NCBI GenBank assembly: GCA_036785375.1
Contig: JAWMAR010000088.1
Coordinates: 3,472,001 to 3,536,000 of the forward strand
Direction: 5' to 3'
Length of the DNA: 64,000 nucleotides
Source: Leucoraja ocellata
Taxonomy: Eukaryota
The notes beneath the pieces were generated by a model that was given only the letters and a program-made list of their open reading frames with translations, was not told the DNA's origin and made no database searches. Positions 38,849 to 49,935 of this stretch are shown here, piece after piece. The position numbers and the translations under genes are program-made. Numbering within the stretch: the first letter of the stretch is position 1; each line of letters starts with the position of its first letter.

Positions 38849-39210
38849 TTTGGAAATGCTAAAGCAGTGTTGCCTTTGGTTTGGAAATGCGAAAGTTGTG
38901 TTGCCTTTGGTTTGGAAATGCTAAAGCTGTGTTGCCTTTTGTTTGGAAATGCTAAAGCTGTGTTGCCTTTGGTTTGGAAATGCTAAAGCTGTGTTGCCTT
39001 TGCTTTGGAAATGCTAAAGCTGTGTTGCCTTTGGTTTGGAAATGCTCAAGCTGCGTTGCTTAATTAAAGTTGTCTTGCCTAATTAGTCACCTTGCCTAAT
39101 TAAAGTCACCTTGCCTAATTAAAATTGCCTTGCCTAATTAAAGTTGCCTTGCCTAATTAAAGTTGCCTTGCCCAATTAAAGTTGCCTTGCCCAATTAAAG
39201 TTGCCTTGCC
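38849..39210 (+). repeat. Two adjacent minisatellites: 31-bp unit (about 7 copies) and 19-bp unit (about 8 copies)
   Basis: ggtttggaaatgctaaagctgtgttgccttt at 38849-39060; ctaattaaagttgccttgc at 39060-39210. Confidence 0.95.
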
Positions 39211-39569
39211 TTCCATATAATTAAAAGTCTAATCTTGACCACTTCCTGTTTGCATTTTATATTGATTTTCGCATAACCGCTACCACGTACGGCTGTGATT
39301 TTTGGCCATCTTACCCAGAGTCCCCCACAGCTCATCAGGTGCTGTGAATTTTTCCCATCGATGAAAAATAAAAGAGTTATTAGTGTTTTAAAAATGTTGC
39401 GATTCTCTCTCCTGTCAATCACGCCATGAAGGCCATGCCGTTCTGGTGGGAGGGACTATAATCCCAGAAGTGTGGGCATGACTCAGTCTCTGCAAGATGG
39501 AGGAGGGAGAGGTCATGACTCGTGGTCTTTAGTGGCCTTGCACCCTGCTTGAAATGGTATGAAACAGCA

Positions 39570-39761
39570 GGTCGACAAAAGTGCTGGAAAAACTCAGCGG
39601 GTGCGGCAGCATCTATGGAGCGAAGGAAATAGACAACGTTTTGGGCCGAAAAATTGCCTATTTCCTTCACTCCATAGATGCTGCCACACCCGCTGAGTTT
39701 CTCCAACACTTTTGACTACCTTCAATTTCCCAGCATCTGCAGTTCCTTCTTAAACACAATA
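39570..39761. mobile_element. 192-bp Penelope-derived hairpin element with 13-bp flanking direct repeat
   Basis: GTATGAAACAGCA at 39557-39569 and 39762-39774; inverted arms around a partial hammerhead motif. Confidence 0.8.
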
Positions 39762-41609
39762 GTATGAAACAGCACTTGAATTTGATGGCCTTGCACCCTG
39801 CTTGAAGTGGTAAGAAACTGCACTTGAATTTTGTGGCCTTGCACTCTGCTTGAAATGGAATTTCAAGGAGTAGCCGTGAGTCAACTGCCAGCCCACCAGC
39901 CGTGAGTGAGTGAGCTGCCAGCACAACAGGCTTCAGTGACTGAGCCGCCAGGTCAAAAATCCATTTGGCCTACAATATCCATACTAGCCCTCTGGAAACC
40001 AGTCCTTTCAACCCACAACACCCATACTAGCGCTCCAGAAGCCCCCCCCCCCCCCCCCCCCCCCCCCCTCCCCACTGGCCACCACTATTGGAATTGGTGG
40101 AGAGGTGGAATATTGCGTTGGGGAGCAGCCCTCCCGTGTGATGCTGGAACCCAACAGGTTTCACTTAGTCTAGAACGTACCTCAAATTAAACAATATTTG
40201 TGACCAGGTTTATGAAACAGATGAGAAGCAAACAAACTCCAAGGTAGTACCAGTGTACTGAGATTTGGGGGCAGAACCTTGGCCAAAATCAGTAAAATCT
40301 ATTGAACACAAGAGCAAAACATGAGCAGGAGGTGGTCACCAGGCCTTTAAATCTGCCCCACCATTCAATATGCTGATTGCTGAACTACCCTGGGCCTCAG
40401 CTCCACTTCTGTGCTCAGTAACATTAACTCAAATTCCCTGACCTCAAAAATTGTATGTAACTCTACTTTAAATGGTTATAATGACCCAGTCCCCTGCAAA
40501 TCTTATTGCTAAATAGTTCTGAACCTCACAACTGCCTGTCAGTTTCCAGCTATACATAAACAACTAATCTCATTTACAACTTTGTCAGATCGTGACATGT
40601 AAAAGATCCAATATTAGCAATTACGATACTTGGGAGTTCTCTTTTCCCACTCTGGGATTTTTCTGCAATTTCAATAAAACTGGTAAAAAATATTTTAAAT
40701 AGAACCACAGCAGGAAATTCCGCCAGATTTCAAAAGAGTTGAGTTACCTTTGGGTAATCACAGCTGCTCCAGAAATGAACTGAAATATGCTGCGATTCAG
40801 TATTTCTCAAACCTTATTTAGCATAACATTGGGTGGCCCCTTCATATAAAGCTCAATTAACCATCAGCAAATGTGCTCTGCTCGGTGCGACATTTCACAG
40901 AACTAATCTAGATAAGCAGGTACTCCGAATTACAGACAGTGCACCATTTGCAGTTTTTGGATTTTCAGTAAACCACTTGATTTATTTTTTTGCCATACAG
41001 ATGAAGGGTATTTGTGCCTGTTATTTGAACGTCTTCCCATCCAGTCACTGCATCAAGCTGTGCAAGGCCGGATGTTACGGTGCCAAATGGAAAGTGAAGT
41101 TCATTGAAATTAACTCCGATTCAAAAGTTGCCTGAACTCCTTCATCTCCTCATCCAGCGGTTGTTTAAATTCACACATCACCCACTGGGAGTGAGAATAT
41201 CAGTTTAACGTGATTTAGTCTCTAATTTAAAAGATTTATTCTGCCTGTGGGACTGAGTTCAGATTGCCTAACATTTTAGGCAATTTACTCAGGGAAATCA
41301 CTACCAGCCTTCCTACCCTTTCGTTTTGTATCCAGAACATCTGCTGATGATGGAGACCTGAGCTGCATCAAGATGAAGTCATGGTGAATATACCTGCAAT
41401 GATCTGGAAGGTGTTTATATTCCTGCAAGCCACGGACATTTGGCAATGTGTGTGGGTTTGTGGCAGAATTTCAGGGGAGTAGAGTGGTGAGAAATAATGG
41501 GGGAGATGGTGGGGTTAGGGAGAACTCCATATGCACCAAACATCAACAGTGCTGATATTGAAGGATGCGGACCTCTGAACAGTGAAAGATGTGTTAACCA
41601 GAGCAATGA

Positions 41610-42200
41610 TGAACTGTTCAGAGCTTTTGTAGAGATTAGGCTTGTGAGATATATGGTTTGTGCTCACAATCACTACTCAGAGACTAAATCGTGGAAACAA
41701 GAAATGCTTTATTTGTGAGTCTGCAGAATCGGGTGCCTCTCCAAGTTGAGACACCCCGAGCAAAGGAAAAACGTCTATTTTTATCCAATTCAGTATAGTC
41801 TTTATTGATCGGTTGCCTCCCCTTCTGACCCCTTCCAATCAGGGTACCGACGGTCACAATCTTCCAACCCCCCCCTCCATGTGTCATCAATCATTCCCTC
41901 TCCTCCCACATCATACATCGCATGTACATTTAAATTAGGTTCTTTGTCATGAGGGGCGTAAAGTTAATATTCATTTATCTAATCAAGCAGGCTCAGTAGC
42001 CGTTGCCCTTACGTACTTAATTGCCTTTGACCGAAAGAATAGCTTCTGTGATGTCAGCTACATTCCTTACCTCATCTTGTTATTCTACAATGTTATCAAC
42101 AGCTCTGAAGGTCTGACTGTTTGTTCGAATCACAAGGTTGGTGATTCCAACTACTCGGCCCATCACAAGGTTGGTGATTCCAACTACTCGGCCCCTCACA
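41610..42200 (-). mobile_element. Solo LTR (591 bp)
   Basis: TG...CA termini; 4-bp target-site duplication ATGA (41606-41609, 42201-42204); minus-strand AATAAA at 41708-41713; internal tandem duplication of about 33 bp at 42129-42194. Confidence 0.7.
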
Positions 42201-42264
42201 ATGATGGTGGTTTAATCATCTTATTCCTCACAAGCTTAATGAGAACACCTCATCACACCCAGGG

Positions 42265-42564
42265 TGTCAGAGTGGAGCAACAGTAGAGTTGCTGCCTTAT
42301 AGCACCTGAGACCCAGGGTCGATCCTGACTACAGGTGCTGTTTGTACAGAGTTTGTACATCTCCCCGTGACTGCGTGGGTTTTCTCCGAGTGTTCCAGTT
42401 TCCTTCCACACTCCAAAGACCTACAGTTTTGTCGGTTAATTGGCTTCTGTTAGTTGTAAATTGTACCCAGTGCCCAGGATAGTTCTAGTGTACATGGATT
42501 GCTGGTCAGCACATATATGGTGGGCTGAAGGGCCTGCTTCCATGCTGTATCTCTAAAGTAAAGT
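42265..42564 (+). mobile_element. HE1-type V-SINE
   Basis: tRNA head (gggtcgatcc), V-domain, (taaag)n tail; flanked by cacccagg direct repeat. Confidence 0.85.
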
Positions 42565-43158
42565 CACCCAGGTGTTTATAACGCATCCATTGTCCTGAAT
42601 CATAGAACAAAGATATGTGGGGAGCTAGGTAGCTGCACCTTCTCTAAGTCTGTTGTTTTCCCTGCAATTCCAAAACTGTAATTCCTATAGCAAAGGGATT
42701 CCGCTGGATAGTGGGAAAGCAATTGATATGGTGACAGATTTTCATATCGCTTCAAGTGGGACAGGCCCATAAAACTGCAGCAAGTAAGAATTTCACTGTT
42801 CTGGTTCCAATGCCTATGATGATTAAACACTCTTCAGTTTTGACTGCTGATTCCAGCAGGTAATTTCCTATCCTATCCTCCTTATGGTGAAGGAGGAGCA
42901 GGACTGAATGTGCCCACTCCACCAGTTCATCTGTAAAACACTTGACACCTGGGTGACCCTCACTCCCTCCTCCCACCCCCTCATCCCCATCCCAACATAT
43001 ACGAACATATATTCTTCAAACTAAACTAAAACTACTAGGGAGTCTGCGCGAGAATCTCAGCCGCAAACACGCCTCAGACTACGTATAAATCCCACCCACA
43101 TAATTACAGGCAGATAAAATTTAAAGGTAACTGGTTATAGTTATAACATACTGAGTTA

Positions 43159-43724
43159 AGGGCCTGTCCCACCAGCATGCGACCGCATACGGCGAACGTG
43201 ACCTAACGTGGTCGCTTGAGTCGTACGGTCTCGCGGGGCCGGACCCACTTCGATCGCCGGAGCCGTATGGAGTTCTGCGGGGCTGGTCCGGACATCGCGC
43301 AGGGCTCCGAAAAACTGACACTGTCCAAAAATCCTGTCGGCCCGCAGCCGCATTGAGGCCGTACACAGCACCTCGACGGGCGTACGCAGCGTCTCAACGC
43401 CGTACGCAGCGTCTCAACGCCGTACGCAGCATCTCAATGCCGTACGCAGCGTCTGGACGCCGTACGCAGCGTCTTGACGGCGTTCGCCTAGCGCGTGGCG
43501 TTGCACGATGACATCATCGTCCGGCGTGCCGTTGCGTGAGGGCGTAACTGCCCGACGCCGTGCGACGTACAAATTCAGTCGGCCCGCCCAGTTGATTGGT
43601 GAGTATGATGTTGGGACCAGCTCCATATGGCTCCGCGGTTGGAAGTGGGACCAGCCCTGAAAGGCCGTACGCCTCAAGCCACCACGTTTTGTCGCGCTCG
43701 TCGCATGCTGGTGGGACAGGCCCT
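43159..43724. mobile_element. PIF/Harbinger MITE, young and CpG-rich
   Basis: Perfect 25-bp TIR AGGGCCTGTCCCACCAGCATGCGAC; TTA target-site duplication; five copies of a 20-bp unit at 43381-43480. Confidence 0.9.
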
Positions 43725-44416
43725 TTAAGCTAAATGGTTACTACAATAGTGTCTGCCAGTAAGCGAAGCAGCCATCACGAGTGGCAACATTACCACAATT
43801 ACCATGTTTAAATAAAAAGTTACAATAACAAAAAAAGAGTCACCAACAGCAAGTGTTCCAAGTGTAATCCATGCGCTCCATTCTGTAAATGGAGATAGGG
43901 TGGGGGAGGCAGGTGACTGAGTTGTTCTCTGGATTGAGGAATTTTAATGTGCCCCAGCTTTTTTGTATTTTAACTTTCATCCTGAATGATCAGTTTTCTT
44001 CAAGAAACCCAGCAGCTGAAATGAGTTGAGGCCACTGCCTGGTCTATCACAGGTATTGACCTTCTCACAATCGAAGGCAGGAAGTACTGCCTCAAGAAAT
44101 CAGTTAATATCATCAGAGACCAACACCACCTTGGCAACTCTCTCATTTTGCTGCTACCGTTGGGAAGAAGAACTGGTTCCTGAGAACTGGTGCCTCCATG
44201 TTCAAGAACAGCTTCATCCCATCAGCCATGAGGCTCCTGAACAACCCAGCACACCCTAACCAGAACCCCACCTCAGCATCAAACAACTCAGGACTTTGTA
44301 TTACGAAGGTGCACCACTTACATTGGCTTACACTATTATAGTCTGGTTTACCGAGTAGAAATGATAATTTAATGTATAATTTTTTGTTATTGTTGTTGCG
44401 TTTAATGTTCTTGTAA

Positions 44417-45279
44417 TGGGCCTGTCCCACTTAAGCGACTTTTTAGGTGACTGCAGGAGACTATACAGCCGCCACATGGTCGCCACATGTTCGTGGGTGG
44501 TTGCCGGGGAGTCTCCTTCATTGTTGTGAGGAGTTCCCTCATTCTGGGAACTAGTCGCGGCCTCATAATGGTCACCGCAAATATTTCAACATGTTGCCGC
44601 CATGGAGAGTAGCGAGAATTCTCGTGCCGTAGGTGGATCGCCAGGAGGTCGAAGGTTCTCGTAGGTTGTAGCCGATGCTGACTGGTGAATTTCATTGGCT
44701 CATTGAGAAAAATAACGTAAGCAGTAGTTTTCAGAACTAAGGATAACTGACCGGTAATCTTCACAGCCGTGTATCTCTGGCTTCTTAAATGTTGTCTCCA
44801 CTCCTTCTCCCAACCACGTCTCCCCCCTTCTCTCCCCCTCTCTTCCCCCCTCTCCCCCTCCCCCCTATTTTAAAGGACTTATGTGACCCTTCCCGTACAC
44901 TGTGCTTTCACCATCTTAATTACAGTGTAACCTTATTGTTCATCGCGGTGTGTGTCTGTATCACATTGGCTTTGCACAGTGTGAATTTCACTGAAACAAC
45001 GCTCCCCCTGCTTGCCCTGTCCCCCGCCTGCATANNNNNNNNNNNNNNNNNNNNNNNNNNNNNNNNNNNNNNNNNNNNNNNNNNNNNNNNNNNNNNNNNN
45101 NNNNNNNNNNNNNNNNNNNNNNNNNNNNNNNNNNNNNNNNNNNNNNNNNNNNNNNNNNNNNNNNNNNNNNNNNNNNNNNNNNNNNNNNNNNNNNNNNNNN
45201 NNNNNNNNNNNNNNNTTCCAGTCGTCGGTTTTTCAGGCGACTGCCGGGCCTGGAAAATCGCCTAAGTGATACAGGCCCA
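44417..45279. mobile_element. Second PIF/Harbinger MITE, inserted in a Rex1-type 3' fragment (about 44110-45355); contains N gap
   Basis: Imperfect TIR TGGGCCTGTCCCACTTA / TAAGTGATACAGGCCCA; TAA target-site duplication at 44414-44416 and 45280-45282. Confidence 0.85.
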
Positions 45280-45904
45280 TAAAGCTACAGGAAATAAGAA
45301 TTTCACTGTTCTGGTTCCAGTGCCTATGATGATTAAACACTCGTAAGTCTTGACTGCAGATTCCAGCAGGTAATTTCCTATCCTATCCTCCTTATGTTGA
45401 AGGAGGAGCAGGACTGAATGTGCCCACCCCCACTACCTCCTTCCCACCACCCCTCATCCCCAACCCAACATACATGAGCACACTCCTGTCTATACACCCA
45501 CATTCTTAACAGGACCGTCGCCTACACGGTGACACCTCATCATCTCCCAACCATCTGGATTATCCGATCCCTTTCAGAGTCATTTATGACCCCCAACGGA
45601 ATCCTTCAATCTCCCCTCAATCAGAGGCTCCCTCAGAGCCTTTCTGATCTCTTTGGCTTTGTACTTACACTAGGTTTTCCTGAACTCTCACTGCAAATTG
45701 ACCTGTGATGCTGATTTTTCCCATTCTCTACTCTGGATGTCCTCCGTGTTCTTATTCTACCATTCCCACCTGCCCACTTGCATTGGATCATTGGCTTGCT
45801 GTTAAAGTTTACCTCGGCCCATGGATGGTGATCATCTCAAACAGATGGATTGTGGCTTGGTAACAAAGACTGCAGAGTGCATATCTGTGATTTTAGCAAG
45901 GTTT

Positions 45905-46117
45905 ATAATATAATAATCTTATTTATATAGCACATTTTCAGTCAACTTGCATTGACCCCAAAGTGCTTCACATAATTACATTACATTACACACAGGCGAA
46001 GGTGGGTGAAGTGTCTTGCCCCAAGGACACAACGACAGTATGCACTCCAAGCGGGATTCGAACCGGCTACCTTCCGGTCGCCAGCCGAACACTTAGCCCA
46101 TTGTGCCATCTGTCGTC
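45905..46117 (-). mobile_element. Young tRNA-derived SINE with L2-like tail (second copy)
   Basis: Two substitutions versus 5822-6025; (TTA)n tail; GGTTT direct repeat at 45900-45904 and 46118-46122. Confidence 0.88.
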
Positions 46118-46676
46118 GGTTTGTCTTTGCTCAAGAGATCCAATTTGTAAAATTGGCCCACATGTATAGGAAAGAGCATACAAAAAAAACATCTGTGGCA
46201 GGATGAGTCCTCTTAGCCCATCCATCTTGATTGATTAAATAATAATGCTTGATGCTCACAATACTTAGACTCTTCACCCTTCCTTGATTCATGTCATTCC
46301 CACTGACATATTTACCAACATGTTTGAAAACTTCAGTTCCTTTTATGCGTACAAAAAAAGATAATTGCAAATGGATAAAGTCGACAGCTCATTGACTGGA
46401 ACGCATGAATCCCCTGTCCTGTCACACTGCAGCATAATAATGTGAATTCCACTACATAAATTCACTAAGCAGATTGTGGTATTTTTATGGTTAGCACGTG
46501 GACATCAAAGTAATCCATCACTGATGAATGCCCAATGCAAGCAGAATTTTAAACATAATTTAAAGATTGTGACACATCCATGGCAAGGAACAATGTTAAA
46601 AAATGTGTTAATAATGAAAAGAAGCTAATCAAAGTCTGATGTTTTCTGAGTATTACATGTGATTTTTTTCCCCAAG

Positions 46677-46882
46677 GGGCACAGCCAAGGCAAGATCACT
46701 GGCCTATTTTGGAGATGGTGTGGGACCAATACACATGGATAATGTGAAATGCACTGGGAGTGAACAGACACTGGAAGACTGCAGCAAACAAGATATCGGG
46801 ACACACAACTGTCGACACAGTGAGGATGCAGGTGTGATCTGTGACTATATTGCCAACAAAGCAGGAAGCCTCAGCATCATAG
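46677..46882 (+). CDS. PRSS12: Neurotrypsin exon, SRCR4 second half (206 nt)
   Basis: ccaag|...|gtgaat; GTAKARSLAYFGDGVGPIHMDNVKCTGSEQTLEDCSKQDIGTHNCRHSEDAGVICDYIANKAGSLSII. Confidence 0.96.
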
Positions 46883-47494
46883 GTGAATATACTTGACTTT
46901 TTTTTTGATTAGGCTGTTGTTACAAATAGGTGCAAGAGTGAACATATGGGAGATGCTGGTATCCTCGGGTAAAAACAAAGTTGTGGAAACACTCAGTCAA
47001 GAGAAACTGAGTTAGCTCTTCAGGTTTGTGGGCTGTCACCAATATGTCATCAACTTGATTTGTTAGCTCCACTGAGGCTGTAGGAACATATGAATACATC
47101 TGATATACTTTGCTTTTATTGGAATAGATATGCAAAAACAAAATAATGCATTTGCTGGAAATCTGACATTGACCAAAATTATTACTGCTGCTTCTCTCTC
47201 TCCAGTTGCTGTTTTGTCTGCTAAGTATTTCCTTTTATTTGATCTAAATGAGTTTCCATTTTTATTCTATTTGCCACAACTTCAACTGTCTACCCACTCG
47301 ATGGGGAATAATGAAATAAAATTCAAAATACGCTCCTACAAATAAGCAATGTTTGCTTTTGCATCTCTTTGAAAAATATCCTCATTGCATCCAAAATATT
47401 TGGATTTAAAAGAATTATTTTTCAACCTCATAAATATTGCAACATAAGTTGCGGAACCGTAACTAGTTAAAGTTTTCATGTAATAATTATCAAC

Positions 47495-47865
47495 AGCCTT
47501 ACAGCGCCAGGAGACCAGTGTTTGTTCCTGACTGAGGGTGCTGTCTGTATGGAGTTTGTACGTTCTTACTTTCTCCGGGTGCTCTGGTAAGATGAAAATG
47601 GCAAAATGTAAAAGAGATGTGCAGGGCAAGGTTTTTCCCCAGAGTGTGATGGGTGCCTGGTATACACTGCTGGGGTGTTAGTGGAGCCAGGTACGATTGT
47701 GGCATTTAGGATGCTTTTAGATAGATCCATGGATATGCAGGGAATGGAAAGATATGAATCATATGCAGGCAGCAGAGATTAGTTTAACTTGGCAACATGT
47801 TCAGTACAGAAATCATGGGCCAAAGGAACTGGTCCTGTGTTGTACTATTTTATGTTCTATGTTGT
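47495..47865 (+). mobile_element. HE1 SINE head followed by a CR1 3'-end fragment
   Basis: gccttacagcgccag..gtttgtacgttc head, then CR1 3' UTR with tatgttc tail. Confidence 0.7.
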
Positions 47866-48617
47866 AAGAAGTAGTCACTTTGCTTCAGCTGACATTTAAG
47901 TGCATGTGGTCCATTGAGCTGTGTTTACCAATACTCCAATCAGATGGCAAGGTGCTCAGGTTAGAAGAAGCAGTGAAGGAGTAGAAACACAATGCCCATG
48001 AATCAAGCACGAGGAACCAGAAGAAGCTATTGCAACCTGGCCCTCCTGTCAGAACTGAAGGAACAGCATGCTGACACCAGAGAGTACTCTGTGAATCTAC
48101 AACAGAAAAGTAGAAAAAATATTCAGGTGGAACAGATTTACCTGGCTGTTTGCAATCATGGACACCAGATTAAACGTGGTAAAGTTTCAATCAATGACCC
48201 TTTGAACTGAAATGTTAACTATTTCTCTCTGCAGGGATGGCAACTGGCCTGTCGAGTATTCCCAGATCTTTCTGCTTTTCTCATATTTTCATTGTGCGCA
48301 GTATTTTGCTTTAATACTAAATGATTGATAGTAGGTTGCAGAGAAATGTGATGGAGTTCTCTGTACATCATTGAAAAGATTGGGACAAAGAGCTTTATAA
48401 TTGCCAGCCTGCTGGTTTGAGAACATTACTGCCATGCTGCACATACAGCTTGTGCATTTTTTCAGCCTGTGAGGATACTGATATTTTATTGTGAACCAAA
48501 TTACTGAGATTTCCAAGTGGATTATTGTGTACAAAAGTAACATGGTTCTAAATTATTCAGTCCAAAAATATGAAAGTTTTTAATAGGTTGTCAGTACGAG
48601 ACACCAATGTAACCAAA

Positions 48618-49243
48618 TATAAATGGGGCTATCATTCAAAAATAATGGGGATGGGCCGAGCGGCGGCTGCGGACAGGTGGGCAGGACGGGGATGGGCCAA
48701 CCGGCGGCTGAGCCGGAGTGGGCAGAGCTGAAGGGAGGTAGAGAAGGGTTGCAGGATGGCCGAGCAGNNNNNNNNNNNNNNNNNNNNNNNNNNNNNNNNN
48801 NNNNNNNNNNNNNNNNNNNNNNNNNNNNNNNNNNNNNNNNNNNNNNNNNNNNNNNNNNNNNNNNNNNNNNNNNNNNNNNNNNNNNNNNNNNNNNNNNNNN
48901 NNNNNNNNNNNNNNNNNNNNNNNNNNNNNNAAGTCAACGGGATCTAAACCACAGCTAACAATGACCTGTGGAGGAAGGAACTGCAGATGCTGCTTTTTAT
49001 GGGAGGAGGGAGGGAGTGACTGAGGGTAGGGGGAAAGAGAGGGAGGGTCAAGAGGAGGGGGAGGGAATGCTGGGGGATGAGGGGAAATGAGCCATACATG
49101 TGCAGTTGGGGGATATGCATGAGTGGTGTAATATTGCGTTGGGGGGATGGGTTGCATTGGGGGAACAGGTGAGTGGTGGAATCTTGCATTGGGGGACCAG
49201 GCCTCCTGTGTGACAGGGTCCCTACGGGTCCCTCTTAGTCTAG
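48618..49243 (+). mobile_element. Helitron-like non-autonomous element (contains N gap)
   Basis: 3' end gggtccctacgggtccc...ttagtCTAG|t shared with 40120-40173; 5' boundary uncertain. Confidence 0.55.
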
Positions 49244-49935
49244 TATTGGGGTAAATCAGGGCTCCCATTCACTTTAAGTGGTACAAGTTCCAGGAAGATC
49301 TTGACCTGTGCTCATAAAACCAGGAACCACTTGCTGCCAGAGTCATTATGTACATTCATTGTTCAAATGTTTTTTCTGATTGAGGTCCTTGTGATTTTGA
49401 AGAATCAAGTAAGTGAAGAGAATAGACGAAATTCAGACAGACAGGTTGATGGATGTCTGATGGATATTTGTAATAACTGGAGGAGAATTAGATATGCTCC
49501 ATTACAAACATTCAATTTTCACTCCCAATATACGCTGCTCATGCAATCTTTCACCAGTTAGCACTATAAGAGTGTCAAACTATCTCCGCCTCTGGCTAAA
49601 CTTCAGAAACTGTCCATTGACTAATTTTCTGGATATTTTGCTGAAATCAATATTAATTTCTGTTGCACGTTCTTGGAAAATTGATGGCCCAACAGTAGAA
49701 ATGACATACAAGAAACAAAAATAACCACACAGAACTGTGGGGGGAAGGGGGGGGGGGATTTAGCTATTCTGAATTGAAGTGCAGCAGAAAATTTAGCGCT
49801 CTGACATTTTGTTGTTAATCACACGTATTGTTCAACATGTACCTAACTGGCAAAGTGATCCATGGCTTAGTAAGTGATCATATATTTTGTTACTAGTCTT
49901 TATTTTGGATTGTTTTGGATGGTTCCTAAACTAGC

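Larger units (their letters stand above)
38600..40173 (+). mobile_element. Non-autonomous Helitron-like element with internal minisatellites
   Basis: TCCATATAATTAAAAG 5'-type motif at 39212; degenerate subterminal hairpin then CTAG at 40170-40173; internal direct repeat about 38625-38755 / 39388-39521; left boundary uncertain. Confidence 0.6.

Noticed and set aside
38849-39210. Regular 31-bp repeats resembling a CRISPR array
   Set aside because: Head-to-tail units with no unique spacers in a vertebrate intron; a minisatellite
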